From assembly GCF_009834535.1 (NCBI RefSeq), contig NC_045697.1:86244001-86308000 (forward strand): a DNA stretch of 64,000 bases. The letters run 5' to 3'. Source of the DNA: Camelus ferus. Its lineage: Eukaryota. Made by a program: the position numbers and the translations under genes. The notes beneath the pieces are model-generated. The model did not search any database. It was not told the DNA's origin and saw only the letters and a list, made by a program, of their open reading frames with translations. Below are positions 1-12,769 of the stretch, in pieces; within the stretch, counting starts at the first letter, position 1, and each line of letters opens with the position of its first letter.

Positions 1-199
1 GTACACTTTGAGTAAGACACATCTCCTGGGTCACACACCCTCATCAACCTCTGATATTGGGCTTCTCTGGCTCCTTATGTCTAACTGCTGAGGTCAGGAA
101 GGAACACTGAAAGTCCTGAATATCTTCTTTCCCTGCCTCCTAACAGACACAGCCTTCCCATGACCCCACTGTCTGCCTTGAGTCTACCAGGACTATCTT

Positions 200-1140
200 C
201 ACTATGCCCTTTGTCTACATGTTTACGTCACTCACCACAAGAAACTCCATATTCCAGGTGGCCCCTCCTCTCCCATCAGCTCAGTGCATTTCTTCTTCTC
301 ACCCCATCTCCCACACACCCTTCACCAAATTCTTGAATCCCTTTCACTGTTCCTTCTGGAATTCAAGATCCATCCTAAGAAAAATCTGCTAATCTTCAAC
401 TTCTTTTCTGAAAGTTTCCTTCAGCTTCTGGCTTTACAGAAAACCTGGCTATCTTCTGAGGATGCTTTTTGCCCTGCAGTCTTTGAAAGTGGGGGCTATT
501 TACCACACCGTTTGTATTTATAGACCTGCAATCAGGGTAGATTTCTCTGCAGCTTGACTCTGATGTCATCAAAAGATCTTACTGATTAACTTCATTGGTG
601 GGACCATCTACCTATGCCTGAGCCACTCCCAATTTCTCTATGATTTTAGCTCCTGACTCACTGTCACTCTCCCCAGCACTTTCCCTGTATTAATTTTTGA
701 AGATTCAATATATATAGAGATGATATTTCCAACACTCTGGCCTCTCAGTTTCTTGAATTCCTTTCTCTGTCTTGCCCGACACTCTATCTCAGCCATCACT
801 CCATGTTGTGACCCGAGAATTTGTCATAACCAGTCCATAAAATCCCTCCATAATCTCCATTTCATGCCTTACCCCGATGCTTGCCATTCATTCCCTCTAG
901 TAGCACAACCCTAGCAATACTTCAGTCTTTCCAGAATCTTGAATTCATTGATCCTACCCCTTTCCCTCTGTTCCCCATGCCCCCTTACTTAACTTAAACT
1001 CTGTGACTGTCATTATTACCACTCCCTGCATAATACCTCCAACTCCCTTGCCCCCTCTTCCTTCCTCATATTCACTTGGCAAAATGAATCTGCTGCACCA
1101 TCCCTCTACTTGTACTTGTACAGCTGAGTGAGCTGATTTC
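200..1140 (+). mobile_element. LINE2 (L2) ORF2 endonuclease-region fossil
   Basis: Broken frames read HCSFWNSRSILRK and LLALQKTWLSSEDA, resembling the 'W-N-x-R-S' and 'LALTETWL' motifs of L2/CR1 apurinic endonucleases; pyrimidine-rich L2-like sequence follows. Confidence 0.7.
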
Positions 1141-2689
1141 ATTTAATCACATGAAATCAAGGCTGAGAATAACAGTGGGCTCTTATGCTCTCTGACCATC
1201 ACAACGTGGAAAGCAGTGGGGGATGGAGGCACGAAGAAATAAGTGAAGAGTCGTGTCCTCTTTGGGGAAAGGGTAACCATATAGATTAACTCTAAACGGT
1301 GATGAAAAACAGACATTTAAATGTATGTTATTTATGAGCAACCACGACGGTTTTTACAAATCGCTCTCCCTTCAGGATGTTACTTTACTCTTAAGGATGA
1401 GGACTATGTTTCTTCATTCTTGAGTTCTAGCAACCTAGCACTCAATAAATGCTTGGGAAATTATTTTTGACCAGAATATTCCTTTGTTATAGGCAGTGAT
1501 GTAAATCGACAAAATGGTGGTGGGGGTGGGAATGATGGTGATGATGTGAGTGTAGACACTTCTTAAATGTATCTTATCTAAACATCATCCTCTCAGAACT
1601 TTGATAGTCTTTAATGTCCTTTTTAAGCAATAACTGGTTGTATGTATGAGGCTAGACTTCAAATTTTAATTCTGAGAATATTGTGAATTCTCCAGTGCAG
1701 AAGGCCTAGCTTCTTGGTGAATCTCTGCAGCCCATGGCCCAAATCCATTTTGTGTCTTTTACTCTTGTGACTCTCTTTTATTACTCTTTTATTTGTTGGC
1801 CCATATTAAGGTATAAAGCTACTTTGTGTGCAAGGGATCAAATTGAATAAGAGAATGATAATCTTAGTAATAATCCTTTCACTTAAAGCCTTTCTTTATT
1901 AATAATCTGATGTTTTATCTCCTATTAAAATTTCTGGATTAACAAAAAAGGTCACCAGCTATCAGGAGGGATAACCAATAAAAAGAAGTAGAAGTCAATA
2001 GTTCACGCACTGATTCCTTTAAATGGCATAGCCTGAGTTATTTCTGAGTTTTTTTCATTTATCTTTGTTGGTGATAGAATTATCTTTAAAACATCCTGAT
2101 GTTGACCTGTAATAGATGGTCTCAGTCTTAGAATTAAGTAAGTATGTAATTATAATCTAGAATCTTATATTTTTTTAAAAAGCCACATATATTTTTGCAT
2201 GTGACACAAGTCAAGATTGAAATTTAGCAATGATCATGTATCAATTCATTCAGCACTTATATAATTTATCTAGAATGCATTTGTCTTCAAACTTTCCTGA
2301 ATTAGCAAGAATTCTAATTTTTTTTTAGTAACTCACTGAAATATGGAAAATGGTGCAGAAAATAAATGCTAAGCCTTTTGTTTGTTCCATTGTTAAATGA
2401 TATAAGGCTTTGATTATCTCTAATCACATTACTCTCTAAAGAAAGAAATCAGTCATTTTATCAAGGCATACTTTTTTTTCCTGTAAAATCTTATTATTTT
2501 ACTTCTTATTTCCACATCAGAAATCAAGGTTAGTAATTATTCTACATGAAAATGTAACATATATAATACAACATTATACAAATCCATTTAATTCCATTCT
2601 TTGTCTCTTTTAAATCATAAATCCTCTCTTATCAGAGCTCAATTACTTGATTAATTATTAATTAATCATATTATATGCATATATGATTA

Positions 2690-3520
2690 TTATATGAACA
2701 TGGATAGCCACTGTAGAATAACTTATAATGAAAAAATTAGAAACAGTAAGATCTTGGTAAAGTAACTATGGTGATCTCATGCAATAGAATATTGTGCTGG
2801 CACAAAAGTCACATTGTAGAAGATATTAACATGGGAAAAAGTTCACGATACACATTAAGTAAAATTTGTGGGCCATTGAACTTTCTATATAACTATATAA
2901 ACTTTTTCCCCGTACAAACCGACAAAACAGACTCTAAAAACTTTCACCTATTTCTAGGGGCAGGAGAAGAATGTGGAAAAGGTTGTGAAAATTAATAAAG
3001 GGAAACCGCATTTAAAATGGAGTTAAGAAACCCTAAAGGGAGAACCCTCAGGCACGGACCTTCTGTCCCAGCTTACTGCCCATCCCTGAGCAGGAAGAAG
3101 CTGACCTTACTACCCTAGCAGGAGAAAGGAAGATTTTTTTCCTTGCCTAGCAACAGCCCAGCCAATGAGAACTGCAACAACTCAACCAATGACAAACCGT
3201 TACCGCTCTAAACTCCCACTTTCCTCCAATGAACTTGCATTTCAGAGCAGCCCCTCCCAACTCCCCCTTTCTCTCTAAAAAATAACATTCCTCTCCTTTG
3301 TTCTCTGAACTTACCTATGCTTTGCCATAGTTTGCATGTCCTGAATTGTAATTCCTCTACCATTCCCAAATAAACTCATTTTGCTAGTAAAATAACTTGC
3401 TATTTTATTTTTGAAGTTGACAAGGTGTTTAGAATTTGTGATGACTTTTAAATTTTCCTTTAGCTTTTCTGTGTTGTCCAAATTTTCTGCACTGACCATG
3501 TGTTATTTCTAAGTAGAAGA
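2690..3520 (+). mobile_element. Old L1M (L1ME-like) 3' fragment, interrupted by a solo LTR
   Basis: Degenerate L1 3'-region motifs on both sides of the LTR (gtaactatggtgatctcatgcaatagaatatt ... ttttctgtgttgtccaaattttctgcactgaccatgtgttattt). Confidence 0.5.
2984..3422 (+). mobile_element. ERV1-class solo LTR
   Basis: TG...CA termini (tgtgaaaat...gttgaca), 4-bp TSD AGGT at 2980-2983 and 3423-3426, several CCAAT motifs, AATAAA at 3369-3374. Confidence 0.85.
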
Positions 3521-5604
3521 AAATTTTTAAACCAAATTGCTCAGATTAAAATCAGTTTTTGTTTAATTTCATTATCCAAATCAATATTTATAGAACACCA
3601 ACCTAGTGCAAGACATTGTAAGAAGATATTTCTGAAAGACAATTTTTCCTGAAGTCAAAGAGCTTCCAGACATATTTCAGAAGTATTCGATGTAAAAATA
3701 TAAAATGTTAAAAAAAATCAATAATATTTAAATAACAAGTCAAGCCAGGAACAGAAAGAAGATAAGCATATTTGATTAATTATATTGACAGTTTCTGCTA
3801 TGGGGAGAATCACTTTTCTGCTTAACATGCCTGCGTTTCATTGATATAGTATAACAAATTCATGCTTTTCTCATTCCTATTTGTACATAAATTTGTACTT
3901 AAGCCTAGTCGTGTTTCATTGATGACCTCATCATTTGTGGATAATCCTGTCCTTGAGTTCAATTTCAGTGGCATTTAGCAAAGCACAATTCTGGAACTTC
4001 CTAGTTCTTTGACTACAGCTGTTTAGTAACGTGTAAGAACTTTACAACATAGTTGTCATTTCAGTCTTTATCCTTTGTCAGAGATTTCAACTTAGGGATA
4101 GCGTGTAAAACTTTCTTCCTTCCCCATTTGCTGATGTAGATTAAAAGATGGGGGAGGAAAAAAAAGTCATGTGTTTTTGCTCTGGAGATCTTGACATATT
4201 TTCCCAGCCAAAGAAGGGAGGGTACAGTAAATTAATCTGACATTTAGTCAATGGCTATTTCTTGAGACGTATGTAGAAATGCACTAATACCAAAACACAA
4301 TGGTGCATGTCAGTCAGTGAAGTGGTAAAATAAAGAGGGTTGAACTGAGGGAAACTAAATATATTTCAAATAAGACCTAACTTGGTTGCTTTTCTCCCTC
4401 AGTATTTGACCATGTTTGCTAATTCTTCTAATGGGGAAGACTGGGAATGAATTATTGTCATTTAGAGAAGCTAATTCCACTGGAAAGAAATATATTATTT
4501 AGCACTGAAAGAAAATTAGTATTCTTACCTATAATAATGGAAGATGTTGGTTTATATTTCCCTAAATGTTACCTATGGTGTAGGTAAGACAAGTAATCAT
4601 TGAATCACATCCTCCTGTTACACTGTATAGATTTTCACAGATTTCCTTACAGAGTGATTTTCAAAACCTTGTATGAGAATGTGTATTTCCCCCCAGAAGA
4701 GACTTAAGCATAGGATAAATTTAAAAAGTGATACAATAAAAGTGATAACAGGGTCTTAATGACACTTCATGCCTGGTGAGCGAGAAAGATGCAGGGATAA
4801 GTATTTTCCCACAGCACTTGCAAATGTATTTAGCTAATGAAAATTTATATTTTCTTCCTTATCATAGATTTCTCCCTCCTTCCTTCCCTTCCACCCTTCT
4901 TTCCTTCCATCCTATTTTCTTCCAATAATTTGCATACACGTGTTTGAAATTAGATTTCCATAGGTACTGCTGAGGAGCGTTTGTGTCTTTTCTCACTGAT
5001 TTCACGAATACAAAAGCTTATAAATCCTTTTGTCTGGAAACAAAGCAAAAATAGTAAGCCCAAAGAGAAACAACAGTAGCCTCCTGAAAGAGAGAAGCCT
5101 ATTGAAAGAGAACTTTTCAATGGCTCTTTTAAAACCTAAAAATAATTTATTTGAAACAAAAAAAAAAAAAAAGCATAACCAAATGAGTGCTTTTTTCAAG
5201 TGAAGTATTTTTTTATGTAAAAAGAAAATTAAATCACTGTTTTCCCGGAATGTTGTTTCTCTGAAATAGAAATCTTTTTAAGAGAATGACTTCTTAACAT
5301 TACACTCACTCTTACATTAGTATAAGCCTGTTAAAACACACAAATTTCTCATTTAGGTGAATACATTATCATTTTCATAAGATAATATTCATTAAGTACT
5401 TTTCTATACCTGAAGCTAGAAATTTTGCTTATAAAACTACTGATGGAACAGAGCGAAACATTGTCCTGAGTAAGTGATTTCCCCTCCCCTCTCTGGAAGT
5501 CACTGTTTACATTATTTACTTGATATGAGGTAAATTTAAGATTTTTAAAAAATGAAATAGCATTTGCTTTTTCTCTGCTGCTTTTGACCAAGCTGAATAT
5601 TCTT

Positions 5605-6344
5605 TTGTCTCTTTTGAGTTAACGTTGATATATTCGGAAAGATACATAACCCATGGACAGAGTGCAGGCTATCTCACTCAGAAGGGAGAGTGGCCACGAG
5701 GTGTGGGAGTTAATTTTTATGAGCTCTGTCTGTAATTTCATATGCTAACACGTGGGAGGATTATTCCAACTACTTTGGGGAAGGGGCGGGAATTCCCAGG
5801 AATTTAGCCACTGCCCACTTTTTGGCCTGGCACAGTTAGTCTCAGAACTGTCATGGTGCCGGTGGGAGTGCCATTCACCATGCTAATATATTACAATGAG
5901 CACATAATGAAGCTCAAAGTCTACTGGAAGTCAAATCTCCCACTATTTTGGGCCTCAAGGTCTGTTGGGAGTTAAATTTTCTGCCACTTTGGTGTTAATT
6001 GCTGTGTCATTCCTGGAATGGCTGTGCCCTGCCCCCTTCCTTCCTATCTCATTCGCCTCTCAGAGATTTTACTCCCATAGTCTTGTTGGGGTGCAGAAGG
6101 GTGAAAGTCTGTCTTCCGTAGCTACTTCAGGGCTGAGTAGGGGCGTTGACCCTGCCTGTCAGGGAGTAAAAATCTCTGAATGCCTAATCTAGGGGCCCCA
6201 GGGACAGGACACCTTCTTGTTTTTGAGTCAGAGGGTGGTATGGGCTGGAATCCTTGCATAACCATCATTATGATGTGAAATTTTTGTAACCACTCCTATA
6301 ACGTTCCTATGAATCTTCTTAAAGATGAAGCACCTTTGTGACAA
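5605..6344 (-). mobile_element. ERV1 (MER41/MER4-group-like) env tail + polypurine tract + U3-R LTR fragment, retrocopy-like
   Basis: Minus strand reads WLQKFHIIMMVMQGFQPIPP, resembling an env C-terminus, then a purine tract and an LTR start TGAGATAGG (~6051), TATA-like ctcataaaaa and a truncated end; flanked by 15-bp direct repeat aagctgaatattctt (5590-5604, 6345-6359). Confidence 0.72.
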
Positions 6345-6584
6345 AAGCTGAATATTCTTGATGTTAATTTTTACCAGAAAATTTTAAAGTCCTGAATAAT
6401 TTATTAGGGTCTACATTTCCAGAGGACAACAAGAATAGAAGAAGGAAATTCTATGATCTTTCCAAAGGTCCTCTCTGCCTCTTGGAGATCTGAGTGGTAA
6501 ATGTTAGTTGTGTGAATTGAGGGGCTTGGAAGGAAAAGCACGCTGCTGCCAGACAGTGAGAGCATCAGAGCCGGGGTCTTAGAG

Positions 6585-6670
6585 ATCTCCTTGCCCCACA
6601 CCCTCATTTCACACGTAAGGAAAATGAGAGATAAAGGATCCAACTGACTTCTCGAAGGTCACTCAGCTGG
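6585..6670 (-). mobile_element. MIR fragment
   Basis: ctcatttcacacgtaaggaaaatgag...gacttctcgaaggtcactcagct resembles the MIR core. Confidence 0.5.
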
Positions 6671-7339
6671 CCAATTCCCTTACAAACCTGCATTTTCCGT
6701 CTCCCTCATCATCCTCTCCATCACTTGAATAAGTTGGCCCTAAGCTATTTCTCTCGATTTCTTGTGAGGTGAGCAATTCTCTTAAAAGCATGCTTTTTAA
6801 AATGTTTTAAGGAATTGGCAGTGTGATCGTGGAGAGCCATTCAGAGGAACTAGTCTGCTATCCTTCCAGGACTGAACTCCGCCCTAAGATACCTTTGCAA
6901 CTCCTATCCTGCTACTTCTCACTCATCCAGCATCCTCCCCTCACCACACTCCTGCTTCTGAGTTGGGTCACTTTGCATGACCACACCTAGTGCCTCGATG
7001 CCTTTGTTTGTACAGTGGCCTCCGTACTCATCCTCCTCTGGTCCTGGGAGATGAACTTGCCTACTTTCTGTTATGCCTGGAGAGATTCCTAAGCCTAAGG
7101 AGTGGATCTATTCAGAAAGTGTTCTTTCCCTTCCCTGTTCCCCCTAGCGTAAGGGCACAGATTGTAGGAGAACTGGGGCAAGACTCTAGGTCATCTGTCT
7201 TGTAGGCCAGTTAGCTTCCCACACATTCCTTTCAGCCAAGCTCTGAGGCCTCTCACCATCTTCATGGAGGTTGTTTCCAATCTCCTAGACACACAAGTCG
7301 AAGTCCCTTCACTCCGGGTGCTGAGAGTGACGGATCAGA

Positions 7340-7750
7340 GATGTTTCCATCTTTCCTTTGCCCATGGGATAAAGTCTACCTCCTTAACGTGACCTAGAAG
7401 GCCTGTGTTGACCTCTCCAGCTTTTACGTTTGCTCTTCTCAAACACTCAGACCCGGTCAGACTAACCTAGTCTCAGGTAGCCTGTTATCTCTGCAGTCAC
7501 AGCAGCCCTTCGTCCCTCACCAGGCAAAGTCATACCCACAGATTTTTTTTGTTTCCACTTCCATGTCATCCTCTTTGGATAGCCTTCCCCAACCTTGGAT
7601 TTGATGCCCCATATCATAGAAAGTTTCCTAACACTGTATAATAATGGATTATGGACCTATATGAATCCTCCGATCATGACTTCTTTGAATTTTGAAGAGA
7701 TTTTGTTTATCTCAGTATCTGTAATACCTGCACAACACTTCGCACTATAG
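7340..7750 (+). mobile_element. L2 3' fragment
   Basis: gggataaagtctacctccttaacgtgacctagaaggcc and ttttgtttatctcagtatct...cacaacactt resemble the L2 3' region. Confidence 0.45.
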
Positions 7751-7769
7751 TTTCATTTTGTAATTTTTA

Positions 7770-8045
7770 CCTTTTTAATTGAAGTAAAACATGCATTTCA
7801 AAAAGTGCATAAATCATATACAGACACCTGGATGAATCACAATTTAAAGTCATGCTGTAACTAGCAGAAATCAAGAAACAGAACATTACCTCAGAATTCC
7901 TCTTCATGCCCCTTTCCAGTCATTAACCCCTCTTATTTCTAACACAGTAAAGTGTTGCCTGAACTTCATATAAATGGAATGATACAGTGCGTATTCTCTT
8001 TTGTGTCTGTCTTCTTTTGCTTGATATGATGCTTGTAAGACTCTA
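7770..8045 (-). mobile_element. Old L1M 3' end
   Basis: ttttaattgaagtaaaac...aaaagtgcataaatcat...catataaatggaatgatacag typical of reverse L1MC/ME 3' UTR. Confidence 0.65.
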
Positions 8046-8249
8046 AAAGCTTTCTTAAAAAATAAGTAATATTGCAGTGTCTAAGATTTTAATCAACATG
8101 TATGAGATGTTTTCCATATCTCCAGTTTGGAAAGAAGGCAGCTATTAAGGGGCATGCGTGAAATTTCTCTCTGGAGGATGCCTGTTCAGCATTCTTTACT
8201 GACATTCCTAACAGACCCCACTTTTGTTCCAGTGCCCTGTGCAACCCAT

Positions 8250-8718
8250 GTGACTCATGGTGGGGTGAGCTGGATTGGTAATCGTGCTCCTCCTGCCAGT
8301 GATTGGCTGAGGAATGGGATTTTGACCAATGAGAACTAAGGAGAGGCTTCCTGGGGCTCCCAGGAATTTTTTTGCCCACTACTCCAGGAATGCTTGCAGA
8401 AGTGACCCCCTAACTCTTACTCTGGATGTTGTCATGTGTAGATGTGAGACTCAGACCTCTAAGGATACCCCATTACCAGGCCTGAGGATGAAGTCAATAC
8501 GAGGAAGATGACAGAGCTAAGAATCACAAGGAAGCAGGCGGATCTACAGGGTTAACTCATCCTTGAGCCTGTCCTACCTCTGAGTTTCCAGTTATGTTAT
8601 TCAGCAAATCTCATTCTTGTTTAATCCAGTTTGAGGTTTTTCTTGTTTTTTCATCTTTGGGCTTTTTTTTTTTTTTTTTTTTTTGATAATTAAAACTAAG
8701 GGCATTTTAACCAACACA
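8250..8718 (+). mobile_element. Old MaLR/ERVL LTR (MLT1J/K-like)
   Basis: gattggctgaggaatggg...ccaatgaga; 3' part ttgtttaatccagtttgagg...cattttaaccaacaca. Confidence 0.55.
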
Positions 8719-9539
8719 TCTCCTTAGGACTTGGATGGTTACTTGGAAGGCACATTTAACTGAATGGAGAGTGGCGTGAAGCTTCGTCATGGGAATGAGA
8801 TGCAAGACAGGCAGCCAGGGGTGGGGTGGCATGGGATGGAGGGCTCCAGCTAGAGCATGGGGCTGAGGTGGAAATCCGTCAAGAACACACTATTCTGGCA
8901 CTGCTCACAGTGCCCTGGGCAAAGGCTCTTTGGATACATTGCTGTAGACTTGAGGAACCGAGTGACTGAAGAACAGCGACGTTCTGGGTGGCAGGGGATG
9001 AAGGCAGCTCTGCGTGCCTTCCCAGTAGAGAAGCTTTTCTTCTGCCCACCCTGTGGCGGGAATGATGGTCAGGGCAACAGCAGTGGTGCAATCCTAGGTA
9101 GCCCAAGGGAATTTCTTCAGGGAACAGGGGTTGCGCCTGCTGGTAAGTTGCCAGATCTGGGTGGTAGTACATGTCCAAGATGATGAAGATTCTCAAATAA
9201 TGGACACGAAGTGTGGCACAGGGATAACCAGAGTCTTGGTGTTTTCCCAACACCTTAGTATGATAATGAGAGCAATGAGCGTGACAGGAAAGGGCCCCTT
9301 GGCTGAGAAAGCAGGTTTTCTGTGTGTCCAACCCCTCCAGGAGATAAGAGTAATTAACATTACCCACAGGAACTGAGAAAGCTTGCCTCAGGGTTACTGG
9401 AATTACCATGGAGGGAGGGCTCTCCAACGGGAAGGCTGTTCTCTAAGGTAGAGCCTCAGATTGACGTAAAATGAAAATGAAAGGAACAGTAGTTCTTTAT
9501 CCCACTCAAGCTGGGGAAGTGGGCTAGATCAGGCTCATT

Positions 9540-10100
9540 TACATGGGGATATAAGGGAAATTTTGTGAATAAGGAGGCATCAGATTTGACCTGAGAAGGA
9601 AAGATAGCCTTTACACTAGCAGTGTTTAGAAAGATATTTCAGTTAAAGGGAACTGAACGTGCTGAGGCAGAGGGGCAGGAAAGAGAAGAGTGGACACAGC
9701 ACAGAAGGAGGTGATCAAGCTGACACTGCCATGGGATGTGTGAGAGTGCGGAGGGCTGAAGGGAGTGGGAGAGAGAAGCTGTGTCAAGACGGAGGAGTGT
9801 TGTGAATGCCAAAGAAGAGGTTTGGATCTTATCCTGTAGGTAATGGACAACAAGAAAAGCCTTTTAAACGTGTCATTGATGAAAAATGAAGTGGTCTTCA
9901 AGATGATTAGAATCAGAATGGACAGGAAAGGGGAACACAGGACATGGGGAGACCAAATTAGAGCCCAAAGTAAGAGAACAGAGGACAGAGGAAAGGAAGT
10001 GAATTAGGATCACGGTTGTAGACTGTAGAGGAGTGGGGGAATTTATGGAGGAGAGCTTGACAGGAGTTGATCTCTGATTGGGTGTGAGTAGTGCATGATT
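9540..10100 (-). mobile_element. L2 fragment
   Basis: Purine-rich + strand with gtttggatcttatcctgtaggtaatgga, a common reverse-L2 motif. Confidence 0.55.
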
Positions 10101-11243
10101 AAGAGGAACTGGATCATTGTCAGGAAAGCTGGTCCCAGAGGTTGAAAATTATTTCACATCGTGTTATGTTTTCTGCAGAACCATCTTGCTAGTGAAATGA
10201 TTCCCAATTTACAAGCTATTTTGAGAGCATATTTGTAACAAAATGAAACAAGCAAAAAACAAAGTGATGAAGGGGTACATGTGAAAAGAATCTGCTGCAA
10301 ACAGTCTCCTCTGTCTCCTGGGGTTAACAGTAGTACTGCTTTTGACCAAGCAAGTGTGTGTTCCAATGACAGGAGAGGAAAAGAAAAGTGTGTTGAGAGC
10401 TCTTTGCACCTTCATTGCCCTCCCAGCCCGCTATCAGAACCTGCCAGAGCTGAGTCTCTGATTGCCAAGCAATTAAGGATGTATTTTTTTTACAGTTTTT
10501 CAGAATTCAGTTTATTGGCTTGAGTGCATTCATTTTCTAAGCAGGAAAACTGAGCTTGGAACTTGACACCAAAGCATAATTCTCTTTACTATTAAAGAGG
10601 AGGGATTGCAAACGTAGTTCTTAAGGAAAGGCTGCCAAAAAGCTTTCTTGATGATAACAGAGGTAACAATACCTTTTAAAGTAATGTTTTTCAAAGAACA
10701 GCTTCAATATCTCTCTTCTGGAGGGAAGACCATAAACTCTGTCATAGAGCCTAGTGTCATGATCATACTAATTGCTCCTGCTATAAGATAAGTAGCGGGA
10801 AAAGACTGTAGCAAACAGAGAAGACCTAAGATGAGAGAAATCCTAAGCAGTGGTAGAATTTTAAAAGCTTTTATGCCAGGAGAGCCATCTTGCACTCAGG
10901 TAGTTGGAAAATAAATAGATCTTCAGAGGAAAGAAAAAATAAAGAGGGAAGAATGTTTACTCTTGAGGACTCTTTGGTTCACTCATTTATAGGATTTGAC
11001 TCAAGAGTTGGAATTAAATTTAGAGGAAGATCTCGGTTCCAGAGATTCTAAACAGATTCAATTTGCTCATCTCCTTCAACTATGTTGGACTCAAGGACAT
11101 TATGAGGACTATGAAGAATCCCCAAGGCCCATCGCTTCTTCCTCAAGAAAAGTCTAGAGATCATAATGATTATTTAATCATGACTTTGGTTGTTTAATTT
11201 TGTCAGAGTTACATTGCTTTTTGCACTCTAAGCTAGAGCTCTA

Positions 11244-11398
11244 ATTTTTTTTAAGTTTTTTTTTTAATAATTTTTTTCCCTTTTTGGGGGAATCATTAGA
11301 TTTATTTATTTATTTATTTTTAATGGAGGTGCTGGGGGTTGAACCCAGGACCGTGCATGCTAACCATGCACTCTACCACTGAGCTATACCCTTTCCCC
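11244..11398 (-). mobile_element. tRNA-Ala-derived SINE (camelid vic-1-like)
   Basis: Reverse strand ggggaaagggtatagctcagtggtagagtgcatggttagcatgcacggtcctgggttcaacccccagcacctcc with A/B boxes and an (AAAT)n / A-rich tail. Confidence 0.9.
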
Positions 11399-12244
11399 GA
11401 GAGGTCTGTTTTTATGGCATATAGTAGTTAGAACAACTAGCTAGTCCTCAAAGGATAATCTTGAATATTTGAGTTATATTTTACTTTGTAACCAATCCTG
11501 CAGAGCACCAGCAAAGGAAAAGAAGTAGTATTTAATGCATAACAATGAGTAACATGTAATACAAATGAAAATCAGTAAGTAGCAAGGAGATAGTATCCCC
11601 CAAACTATGCTTCCAATGCCATCGTTTGCTGGAAAATTTCCGAAAGGACATGGAAATATGAGGGTTATAATTTAATTGCACAACAAGGGGGAAAAGTGCT
11701 CAACTTTCATAAGAACGTGTTTGAGGTAGGTGGATTTTGAACCAAAACATGAAGGCAATATTATGTCTCTGGAAATTCTCTGTCTCCACCGTGATTTAGC
11801 TTATAGGAATCATCTTGGCAAAAGCAAAACATGAATAAGAAGCCCAAGTAATTATCATTAATCTGACTTTCAAGCTGTGAGTAAGGGAAAAAGGATAAAC
11901 TAGCTAAAATTCTCATCCAAGCCAACTGTCCTTTAAGTACATCAAAGCATTCTTAGAAATAACTTCATGAGATGAGGAGCCATCCTAAGTTTGATCTAAA
12001 AATCGCTAATAAAAGCTCTTAACTATATAGATTAAACATTTCATTATGTTTCCCTTTGTCACCATTCAGAAATATAATGTAATAGTGAATTGGGTGTAAC
12101 CTGAACTCCCTTCTTCTCCCTCCATCCTTTCCTCCCTGCCTTCTTCCTTCCTTCCATTCTTTTGAATGGAGGGATGAAGTAGCCAGAAGTTATCACTTCC
12201 GAAAACCAAGACAGTCAATTAAGGATTTTCACGGACTTGCTTGC

Positions 12245-12737
12245 TGTATCAATGAGCTACTGTTGCATAACAAAGGACCTCAAAACTTCATGGTTTCAAA
12301 CAACCATTTATTTAGTTCCTAATACCACAAATCAAGCTGGCAGTTTAGGCTGGTCTCACCTGGGCTCCCTCGTGTGTCCACATGCAGCCATGTGATGGCG
12401 TGGTAACTCTTCTTCCAGGGCTTGGCTGGCACCTCTTGGCTCTCCCTCATATGATTTATCATCCTCCAGCCAGCTGGCCAGAGTTTGTGCTCAAGCTGGA
12501 GGCAGAGGTGCCAGAGAGGAAGTGGAAGCATGCAAGGGTTCTTGGGGACTAGACTTAAAACTGACACAGGCTCACTCTGCCATGTTCTGTTAGCCTAAGC
12601 AAGTCAAAAGGCCAACTCAGATTCAAGACGTGAGAAGTAGACACTACCTCTTGATGGGGGGAGAGGCAGAGTCATATTAAAAAGGCATGAAGACAGGCAG
12701 GCTGTGAATGCGGACAGTCAGTGGCCAGTCTACCACA
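12245..12737 (-). mobile_element. MaLR solo LTR (MLT1H/J-like)
   Basis: tgtatc...ctaccaca termini, gcataacaaaggacctcaaaactt motif, 5-bp TSD cttgc/ctagc (1 mismatch). Confidence 0.8.
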
Positions 12738-12769
12738 CTAGCTACTGTTCTTCTAACACTTTAAAACGT

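Noticed and set aside
8879..9427. Longest ORF (182 aa, minus strand)
   Set aside because: Non-ATG start, no recognisable domain, composition like random translation, no convincing splice context
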